Assembly (NCBI GenBank): GCA_040954595.2 | Contig: CM082593.2 | Span: 4,047,434-4,111,433, forward strand | Source of the DNA: Balanoglossus misakiensis | Taxonomy: Eukaryota; Animalia; Hemichordata | Length of the DNA stretch: 64,000 nucleotides | Reading direction: 5' to 3' | In this document: positions 43,310 through 53,167 of the stretch, piece after piece | How positions within the stretch are numbered: the first letter of the stretch is position 1 | Layout: each line of letters starts with the position of its first letter | The notes under the pieces: model-generated | Database searches by the model: none | Told to the model about the DNA's origin: nothing | Seen by the model: the letters and a program-made list of their open reading frames with translations, nothing else | Made by a program: the position numbers and the translations under genes

Positions 43310-45466
43310 ATGATTGTATCGAGGTTGATTCAGGTCCCAGCTAAATGCTGGGTGTGTATTCCAACGAGGGGGATGCAGCCGACACAAGCCAAAAATGCTC
43401 TCCTCAGTGTGGTGAGATCACAGAACTATGCGTCACAGTCAAGGTTAGCTGCCAGAAGGGCGGCCAGGGCCAAGACGATTTCAGAGGCAGCGCGTGAACC
43501 GGCAACAGGATCGGGTATGTACTGTATTCATTGGCAATATTGATGAGGGTTGTTCAAATGCTGAGTATTCTGATAATCACGTCAAGTCACGTCCTGGTGT
43601 ACGGACTATCAGTGTTGCTGGAGAAGGCTGAATGTTTAGCAAGGACAGTGACATTTGAAGGATGCTGTCAAGTTCTGAATTTTCAGTCTAAGCTGTAGAA
43701 AACATCTGCGTGTTGTGCTTGTTTTTCGAAGACACAGTTTTGTCAATAAGTATTCAAAGTCATCATACTCTTGATATCCTTACAGCAATTACAATGGGAC
43801 GTGGTATTGTGGCAGGTGCATCGGCTATTGGTATCGGAGCTCTGTGCTTTTATGGCCTCGGAATGTCTAATGAAGTGGGCGCGTTAGAAAGAGCTGCGTA
43901 AGTACAAAGTTTTGCAACTAGACGAATATTACTACAGTGTGAATGATGAAGAATGTGTTGATCGTGTTTCAGTTTTCTATTAGATTTGATTCAGTGTAGC
44001 ACTTGGAATTGTCTTTGCTCTTTTTTCAGGATATGGCCCCAATATGTGAGAGATCGAATCAAGTCAACCTACATGTGTTTTGGTGCTGGTTTAGGCATGA
44101 CGGCTCTGTCAGCTGTGGCTATCGGGAGAAACCCTGCGTTGTTGATGAGACTTATGCCCAAGTCATGGGTGGTGAGTAGATATTTAAGAAGTATCCCCTG
44201 CTGGTGTCAACAAAGTTGCAAATTAAAAATTAGACAGAGTTACATTAGACAATAAATATAGTCAAGACCTGTAATTTAAAGAAACTGTCACTGACAACTT
44301 ATTTCTGTGGTTTTCTTCCAGGGAATGATAGGTTCCATGGCTGTTGTGATGGGTTCCGGAATCGTCTGTATGTCGGTGCCGTACACTGAAGGTTTTGGTG
44401 CCAAACACGTGGCCTGGCTGGCTCACAGCAGTATTCTTGGGGCAATACTTGCACCCATGGCGTTCCTAGGGGGGCCTCTCCTCATCAAGGCAGCCTGGTA
44501 TACTGCTGGCGTTGTTGGAGGTGAGGATGATCGCATTATGCAGTCAACAGTCAAACCTGTATACACCAGTCATGTACTGCGAATATGGTTCAGTTTATAG
44601 AGATGTCTGTTTTGTTGAGGTTTATTACACATGGTCTTCTGTACAGAACTTAAGGGACTGGTAAATATGTTCAGTATAGGCTAGTCTGTCTTTAGGTTTA
44701 TTGCTGAAGTGATGTTGATACCAATTGTGATCATCGATTGAAGCCAATCATGTTATATTTTACAGGTTTATCAACGTTAGCTGCCTGTGCACCGAGTGAC
44801 AAGTTTCTGTACATGGGTGGACCACTGGCCATGGGTCTCGGTGCTGTGATTGTGGCCTCAATAGGTGAGTCAGTGTTCCTTCTAGGATGGCATCAACAGG
44901 GGGGGGGGGATTTCACTCTGGCAAGGGAGATTGTAATATCTTTAACGTGTGAGTGACATCATTGTAAGGGGTGCTGGTCCCTTTTAAAAGATTGCTACTG
45001 GAAAAAAAGTGCTGAATTTTCAAGCAAAGAAGGTAGTTTCCGACTGAAATGATTAATTGCAATTTATCCAAATTTTGCAGGTGGCATGTTTTTCCCTCCG
45101 ACCACCGCCCTGGGATCTGGACTGTACGCTATCAGTGTGTACGGTGGAGTGGTCCTCTTTGGTGCATTCCTTCTCTATGACACACAAGTTATTGTCAGGA
45201 AAGCTGAAGGACATCCCATGTTGGCTGATAGACCCTACGATCCAATTAATGCGTAAGTACAGTAGTCTCATTTCAGAATGAATCTAGAAAACAAAACAAA
45301 GAAGCTCACCACCATAAACATACGGCTACAGCAGAATAATCAAACAATCTTTCTATTTTTATTTTTCATGTTGCACAGAGCAATGGGTATTTACATGGAT
45401 ACCATCAATATTTTCATCCGCATTGCCATGATCTTGTCCAGCGGGGGTGGAGGTAAACGCAAGTAA
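43310..45466 (+). CDS. GHITM: Growth hormone-inducible transmembrane protein (TMBIM5/MICS1, BI-1 family)
   Basis: Exons 43310-43514, 43786-43897, 44030-44171, 44322-44520, 44766-44864, 45081-45252, 45379-45466. Peptides GIGALCFYGLG, IWPQYVRDRI, AAWYTAGVVGGLS, CAPSDKFLYMGGPL, FLLYDTQ, YDPINA, GIYMDTINIFIRIA..GGKRK. Probable non-coding first exon ending at a gtaagt donor near 43068. Confidence 0.96.
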
Positions 45467-45623
45467 ACCAAACCACTGTAAGTGCATTATTTATATTTGA
45501 AGAAGAAGGAGCATATAATCTATATGGAAGATTGATAAAAATGAACAAGTGTGTGACTCATCGTGGAGGGACAGTGTCATCATTTACAAAAAATATCTAT
45601 TGTCAGATAAACACTCAAAGCCA

Positions 45624-46084
45624 GGCTGAAAATGATTGACGTTTTGGAAATGAATAAGGCACTTAAATTGTCTTATTTGAAGCAACTTTTAGGAAATGAT
45701 TCCCCATGGAAGCTTATCCCAAATTTATACTTTCAAAGACTCGGGATGTCCTTTTTGGTGTCCTTCCTCAAAACAGAAACTCACTATTAAACCATTTATT
45801 AATAATAGCAAAGTACCATTTATATGCAATTTGTTTTTTAAATGAGAAACCATCTCTTGCTGTCTTCATTGAAAAAGTTAAAAGTATTTGCAAAGAAAAA
45901 TGGAAAAATCAATCTTTTTCACGATAAATGGGAAGTGATGTGATGTCTTCAGATTCTCGATTATGAGAATTGTTGTTCTTGTTTTTGATTTGTTTTTGCT
46001 CTTTGCCCTCCCCTTCCTTTTGTTTTTGTGTTTTTGACTTCCCTTGCTTTAATTTGTATTCCCTTTTTTCTCTGAAATAAAAAA
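45624..46084 (+). mobile_element. 5'-truncated, internally deleted non-LTR retrotransposon (L1/Tx1-like) with 15-bp TSD
   Basis: Flanked by AAACACTCAAAGCCA at 45609-45623 and 46085-46099; ends in AATAAA plus a short A run; encodes LKMIDVLEMNKALKLSYLKQLL..SPWKLIP then, in another frame, DVLFG..LLNHLLIIAKYHLY, both resembling L1/Tx1 ORF2 segments; T-rich 3' UTR. Confidence 0.85.
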
Positions 46085-46259
46085 AAACACTCAAAGCCAA
46101 TGTTCAGTGTGTAATTTTACCAGTAATCTTGTTTTGCCACTTTGGATGTTTACTGTTTGATTTGGCTTAGTGCGCCCTCTATTTCTATATTGTCATGATT
46201 ATCTTTATTTGCTTGGGCACCTTCAATGTTGCTTGCAGCTTTAAACTTTTGTGAATTCC

Positions 46260-47081
46260 CTAAATGGGAATAAAGTGTCCTTTTTCTGTGTCGCAAACAT
46301 GGATAGCAGCTGCTGTTAGAGCCATGGCGCTGATTAGAGGCGGCCCACCTGCCATTGCAAGAATAATGACAGTTGTAATAAGAACTGCTTTCACTGCCGC
46401 CCGGACACTGCCTTTCTCCTGCACCGACTCACTCTCAGATTCGTTACCTAGAATCAACAAGAATATGATGTTCGGGTTGGTATTCATTCCTTTTAGAATT
46501 GATAAACACACTTTCTGAGAATTGGGGATCGATAGGCATCACTGCTGCTAATTGATAATCACCTGGCATACATACAAGACAGTTATTTCTGTATTTGAGT
46601 TGATAGAAATAGTGTGCATAATAGAAAATGCACATTTTCAGCCCCTAAAGTGTTACCATCATTAACCTGCTCATCCATGTATTTCTGATACTTGTTTTTC
46701 AACATGGTTTAGCACCTGCCGGGCCAGCTTACCTGAATCGTTGTGACCGGTGTGTCCCATATCGACCAATGCGGTAGGTTGCCGCATTTCATTCCCCAGC
46801 TGTTCGGCCTCAAACTTTTTAACTATCCGGACAAGGCGCTTCCGTTTTATTGCCTGCAGAAGGTCTTTAAGAAATCTAAGATCTTCACGGGATATTACAC
46901 CCTTATTCTCAAGCTCCAGGAATATCTCAAACGGGCCATGTAGTCTCTCGAGTTCTCTAATCTGAAGCTGATTGCTGTCCAACAAGTTTCTCATCTTTCT
47001 TTCATCACTTTGTGATAGCTTTAAAGCCAGTTCGTGATAAAGTTTGCGTAGTGGGTCAATAGAACATGTACTCCTATTCAT
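46260..47081 (-). CDS. Single death effector domain (DED) protein with C-terminal hydrophobic segment, about 178 aa, 2 coding exons
   Basis: Exon 47081-46733 (LRKLYHELALKLSQSDERKMRNLL..FEIFLELENKGVISREDLRFLKDLLQAIKRKRL, a DED-like pattern) ends G|gtaagc in phase 1; acceptor ttctag|GT at 46447 continues in frame to AVLITTVIILAMAGGPPLISAMALTAAAI and stop at 46260. Confidence 0.8.
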
Positions 47082-47391
47082 GATGAGATGTCCAGTCGTA
47101 CAATACTCACTGGTTCGATAAAAAAAAAACATCGAAAAAATGGTAAAATTAAAGCGGTCCCAGAAACGCCCGCAAAATGTGTATGTCCACAGTTGAAAAT
47201 TACAACGCCCGTGAATGCTATGAGAAGCGATTTGATACACAAAATGTGCACTTCCCTTGTCTTTAAAAACATGTCGAATGAATTTAATGTACTGAATTGG
47301 AATATACTTGAAACATAACTAACATATCAGGAAAATCATCGTAGATAGTTGAGCGACTGCCGCTTGCTTCCAAGGGATAAAACGCAACTGT

Positions 47392-47562
47392 AGGCCGTAC
47401 TCACTGGCACGTTTACACCGGTGCTACACCAGTGCAGATTCAACTCCGACGGAAAAAAATAAGTGAGAACGCTTTACACTGGTGCTGCGCCGGTGTTAAT
47501 TTGCGACCCAGTGAGTGGTGGGTCAGGGCCAGCGCTCCGACGCAAATATGCAGTGAGAACGC
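47392..47562. repeat. Degenerate inverted/direct repeat element (MITE-like relic)
   Basis: actcactgg..ttacaccggtgctacaccagtg pairs with cactggtgctgcgccggtgttaa..ccagtgagt; ctccgacg..agtgagaacgc occurs twice (~47445 and ~47535). Confidence 0.5.
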
Positions 47563-48739
47563 AAAGATAAACAATCTGAGGGACTGTGATCTCATTCACA
47601 TCAATTTGTTTTAATTGCAAATTATTCATTTGACTTATTTGAAGGCGCACATATGTTTGAAGGCGTGGATATATATCAGCCCTCAAATGAACAATTGGTA
47701 ACCAGGTAAGACATGTGCCAGCCATACTGTGACGAGTATCTGGCGATACTGAGCACCCCTGCCCACTCTGCATGCGGCTAATTATTAATGTGTTCAGCTT
47801 CGCAGTCACAGATGTTCTCTGGGGGTCATGTGAAAAAAGTGTGTCACTTTAAATATACCGTTACACTACATAAAATGGATTTGGTGTAGCCATTTAACTC
47901 AGCAGTTTGCGTAATTTGAGTTCCGTCGGTATTTGTTCTGGCCAGTAATATCGCTGGCGATATTGCTAAGTCACTGTCCGGATTGCAGCCACCTTCACGA
48001 TTTGAGTTGCACGTACCACAGACAAAGAGAAAGAACAGACTAGCAACGCGGCATGTCCCTTTGATGTCTTGTCCGCCTTGGGAAACAACGGCAAACAATA
48101 GGCTTCAAATGTGTCAGACACCGCGGAGATTTCCCAGAATACTTTGCGGTTGCGTTATTATTGACAGCTGCCTGACACTGCTTTGCACCATCGACTCTAG
48201 GGTCTATGTTTGCACAGAGGACTCGACTGAAACACTACTTCACTTTAGAATCGAATTTTCACTTAAAACCCATGCAGGTTTACAGAACACGATTCGGCGA
48301 ACCGGAATCTACTCCAAAAAAATTCGAGATTGATGATTAAACCTTTTCAAATTTACGATCGAACACACTTACTATATATTCATAATTTTTTATTAAAATG
48401 GTCAAACTCATCCCTCCGATGCTCAAACCTCCTCAAATTTTCGCTGTCCACTCGCCTGACTGACAACAACAACACGAACTTTCACAAAAACACTTTCGTT
48501 TTATAATCGGGAAAATTCCGGACATTGCCAAAGTGGATGCGTTCGGAAATCTTCGGAGACAAGCTGCACCTTGAAGACGAGCCAAGACAGGCACAGGGGG
48601 ATTAGGAGATGTACTTCACACCTTTTGACAATAGCGTTGCTAGTCTGTTTTTTCTCTTTGTCTGTGCATGTACTCATCCCCGCTGGCGTGCAACAAACTA
48701 CAGATGCCGCCTGCAGTGTTTACAAGAAATATCCAAGTA

Positions 48740-49135
48740 CTTACCTGCAGACAGTGTTCTGACAGTCCAAACACTGACTATGATCTAAATGAAGATTGTT
48801 GTTTTCGTGTGTACAATATTAACTATAGCGCATGCCATTTGCAATTAGAATTTGACCTAGTCATACCGATATTTGCAGGGGAGTCTGGGGTCAGCGGATT
48901 TTCACTTTTAAAAATAAATGGGCTGTCTTCACGAACCATTTATTAGCGAAAAACATTACATATGATTAAAGTTTAATTTCTATTCGAAAATCTGAAAAAT
49001 TGGCTATGATATGTTAGTATATATCTGTCAGGCTTCGAATAAACACAGTGCATCCCTTATATGTCTTACCTGTACAGACGGTGTCCTGACAGTCCAAACG
49101 CAGACAATGATATAAGTAAAGATTCGTGTTGTCTG
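48740..49135. repeat. Diverged ~70-bp direct duplication, each copy with a minus-strand splice donor
   Basis: cttacctgcagacagtgttctgacagtccaaacac..aagatt (48740) versus cttacctgtacagacggtgtcctgacagtccaaacgc..aagatt (49065). Confidence 0.75.
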
Positions 49136-50249
49136 TTATATTAGATTTAACTCATTCCAAGCATTTCTTTAACATTACGTTTTTAGCATGCCATTCGAAT
49201 TAACTCATACCAAGCCACATTCGAAGTCACTTTGATTATAAAATGCATTGGTTGCTGGGGGTGGCTCCCTGAACAGTGCCAACAATAACGACAGCGCAGC
49301 GGATCAACTTGTGACATTAAATGGACAAAATCTCCCTCTAGCTGCCCCTTTTCCATTAATTATGTTTGATGCAAGATACCGTTTATGTTATTCTACATGT
49401 GGATATGTAGCGAATGGATGTTCGACCACACACCACACTTGGCTAGCCTTGCAATATGTAGCTACGGTAAATAAGTCTCGCGAGATCTCGCAATGAGTAG
49501 CAAATCATCTATTCAACAATCACAAGAACAAATTACCATGTGAGATCCGAGATCCTGCAAAGTTGAATGTACTTGAAACTTTAAGAAATTTACGAATATC
49601 CCATCTCGAACGGTGAGCCATATGGTACAACTAATCGGTGCCAAAAAGAATGTGCCAAATACTGCCAAATTTCATTCAATTGTATCAAAGAGCTTCCATG
49701 ATTTTTTTAAGCAAATGGTCACTGTATTAGTGACGAGACTAGGAAATTGTGTAGACTTAGAAAAAATTATTGACACTGAACTTGACATTGACATTTGACC
49801 CTTTGAACCTGCATGGAGAGACAACAACTTCTCCAAAATGTCACAGCAAAGGGTTATGGCAGCGGTTTACAATTTTGAAGTTCCGAGAAATGTTCAACAA
49901 AGTCTCGAGAAACATCTGCATTGTCTTGATGTAGTCAGGCAGAGGTAATATTTTTACACATTCGATCAGTGGTAGCCCAAGGCCACTATTTAAATATAAT
50001 GACATGTGATACATCATAACTGTACGTCACCAGAACAATTGTCACAATACTTGTTTCAGTTGAAGTCTTGAATCAGCCCCTCTTGTTGAGCAGTTCACCA
50101 ATATGGCAAATAGACCTTAATCATCAGAGGTTTAATCTTAGTCAAAATATCCTTTTGGGCAAAATGTTACGATGGTAAAACTTGACAAGGGTCGTTCTGC
50201 TGCAAGGAATCGGTGGATGTCGACTTTGAAAACGAAAGTGTTCTTTAAA

Positions 50250-51668
50250 TTACCACACTTGCGCCGTTCCATCATCGTCTTCATCATCATCATCGTCTTC
50301 ATCCTCCTCTTCGTCTTCTTCGAATTCCGGCAACCCGACATTCGAAAACCCTCGACATGGCCTAGGGTTAAATTTCAGCTGTTGTAGTTTTGGCTGGGTC
50401 CGTGGATCGTCCGCCAAAAGATCTTCGACCTTCTTCTCGTCTTTCCCCCACCGCAGATACCGACAGTATTTCATTTCGCCGAACATGTTGATGTAATCAA
50501 ACTCGTCTTGCTTGGCGGTTCGCAGACTTTCTTTGAGTTTATCCAAGTTCACGCCCAGTTCCTTGGCGTGTTCTTGCACTTTGGACCGAAACTTTCTCAA
50601 ACCGTTGCCGAGCCGGCGACCATCCGTGGCGGTTGCTCCCCTCGCGAACCCAGGGACTCTTCGCCCCGGTTGCGGTTCCTCACTGATTGTCATAGAAACA
50701 GATGAGGATGCGCCGCGCAAACCCGACAGCAAGCTTGGTCCCGACGATTTTCGCCCCGTTGAAAACTGAAACGCACCGATGGCTTGGATGGACAAACGCC
50801 TTTGCTTTACATCGGCAGCAACAGGCGGCTCTGTAGTTTCCAGCTCAGTTGCAGTTCTATACAAACCCGGCGCTGATTTTATCCTCGTCCTTCTCGGGTT
50901 GTTTGAGTTCTTGCTTGGTGGGGCTGATAACGCTCGGCCCTTGACAGATACCCTGGCATTCGTTCTAGCGGTATTCTGTCTAACTCCGCTGCTAGGATTT
51001 CCTGGTAGTTCGTGAGAGCTTGCCGGATAAACTTTCGTCGCCGGCGGTAAGATTCCGGAGGACTTTCGTCTTCGATTACTGTGATTATCAAAATCATCCG
51101 TTTTCTCTTGGTTTGGTTCAGTGTCAAGTTTAGTATTTCCGTCACCGTCATGGATAAGTTGACCAAAGCCGTTGTCATCGATTTGTGAACCGTTATACGT
51201 GCCTTGGTCGACCTCCTCATCAATGTCGTCATCAATATTACATTGACTCATTAACTGCTGGAAATACTTGATATTAGCGATATCGCCTGTATCACAGGTT
51301 GACAGGCGACGTTTCGACATAGGGGTGTATCTCTCACACACCGATTTGGATCTTGTGCGGACCACTTTCTTCGGCAAGAGGGACTGTAATTCCTGCGGAG
51401 TGGGCAGTGTTACTGACCGCGGTCTATCGAGATAAAACGGACAATCGTCCGGCTTCGGTAGCCGCGGCACGGGGACCCCTTTCCCGGTGATCTTCCATAT
51501 CTGTTCCTTGGATTCCCGGATTCTCATGTTCTTCACCCGTTCGAGAGTCTTGACTTCCTTGACCAGGCCCTTCTCGTGCTGTTTGTTCAACATGTATGCT
51601 TTCGTAAAAGCTCTTGACGATCGCTGCTTCAACTTGGCCTGCCTCTCGGCGCTTGTCTTCGTCGACAT
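50250..51668 (-). CDS. Uncharacterised 472-aa protein, single-exon ORF: basic helical N-terminus, disordered middle, MKYCRYLRWGK motif, acidic tail
   Basis: 1.4-kb stop-free ATG-initiated ORF, GC-richer than its flanks; shares a C-terminal motif with the neighbouring ORF. Confidence 0.85.
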   Translation of the reverse strand: MSTKTSAERQAKLKQRSSRAFTKAYMLNKQHEKGLVKEVKTLERVKNMRIRESKEQIWKITGKGVPVPRLPKPDDCPFYLDRPRSVTLPTPQELQSLLPKKVVRTRSKSVCERYTPMSKRRLSTCDTGDIANIKYFQQLMSQCNIDDDIDEEVDQGTYNGSQIDDNGFGQLIHDGDGNTKLDTEPNQEKTDDFDNHSNRRRKSSGILPPATKVYPASSHELPGNPSSGVRQNTARTNARVSVKGRALSAPPSKNSNNPRRTRIKSAPGLYRTATELETTEPPVAADVKQRRLSIQAIGAFQFSTGRKSSGPSLLSGLRGASSSVSMTISEEPQPGRRVPGFARGATATDGRRLGNGLRKFRSKVQEHAKELGVNLDKLKESLRTAKQDEFDYINMFGEMKYCRYLRWGKDEKKVEDLLADDPRTQPKLQQLKFNPRPCRGFSNVGLPEFEEDEEEDEDDDDDEDDDGTAQVW

Positions 51669-53167
51669 GGTAACGGTCGTTTAGGTAGCCACTGATGAGA
51701 ACAGCCAAAGATACTTTTCAACAGTCAAACAATCTGCTTCTTGACCGGGAACGGGAAACGCGATAATATTGTGTCCAGTTGTTACGTACCATGTTTAGAT
51801 GTGTTAGGGAAACAGTGTAACGTATACCACACACTCAGAACAGAAGCTTTTACGTTGGCGCCGATCAATATTAAGATAAAAACAAAAATCGATGTGATCA
51901 ATTCTGGCAAACAAAGGAACAAAGGAAATCATGTGATTACGTAGCCTTTTATTTACCGGTGCAATCAGCCTCTGGTCACCCCATTAAAAGCATTTTGCAA
52001 ATAACGGCGTCATTAAAACACCCCTAAATAAATAAATTCCATTAACTGCTACTGTGAAAACTGTGATGAGCTTTGGATGTATGTGGTTTTACGGGCAAAT
52101 TACGTTTCCTGGTATTAGCACCTATATGATGGTAGAACAAAGACGATATAAATTGAAGATGTGTTCAACCACAATAATCTTGCGGGTTTTTTTTCTGGGC
52201 AATGCGTTATCTAGATCTTTTTGAAAAGCTCTGAAAAATTTGCGAACTTTCGGCCACGTGACCATTATGTAAATAATACACCTTGCGTTGAATTTCGGGA
52301 GTTTCTTATTGGTCAGTCTTCTCAACATATTGTACTGGTATACGTCGTCATGGTTCCATTTTCTGTCCATGACTACATGTATTTTCTTTTTACTTGGAAG
52401 GACCTCTTTCCTGTCAGGGAAAATACAGCTGGCGGTGACCAAAAACTTTCCATGATTTACCAGTATGCAAAAAATGTATGCACTTAGCTCACTGTCTTAA
52501 AAAAAACTGTCGCAGCACAACCAGTTCATCAACGGTCACTATGCCATTCATATTTAAAAAGCTTCTGATTTGGGGGTGCACAGGTGCCATGACAACGCAA
52601 TACATAATCCAGAATGTAACAAGCCTGATTGTCACACTTTCTAAGTGGAAAATTCACATGACGTCATAACACCGAAGTCTGCGAACATATTGCTAACTAG
52701 ACATTTTTTCGTTTTTATATATGTGTCATACACGGTCTTTCTCCAGCTGGAAAAGAAAATCTAAGGAGTAGGGGTTGCATAGCTGTGTGTTCTTAATGGA
52801 GAAAATGAGACAAAGTAACACTTGCATAGATCTCCCTTAACGGCCTTTATTTACGTACATGTATTACTTTTAACGTCCTTTTCTATGAGTACTGGCTTTG
52901 TCTTCCAATAAGTGTCATAAACACGTGCTTTATTTAATGAACGTGCACTTTCTTCGTCAAAATTGTGTTTGTCGCAAGTTCTTCTAAGTCTCCCCATGTA
53001 TCTTTGGTAACCAAATCAGAGAAAAACAATGAGCTCTCTTGGGTAACCCGACTATGGTAAGTTAGTCCATAACACAAACAGGCGTCCGAACTTCAGCAGT
53101 GAAGTGCTTCGTCACCCTTAGCGTTCATCACTTAGATTCTTTAAATTTTCCGCAAGTTCTGTCCGAA

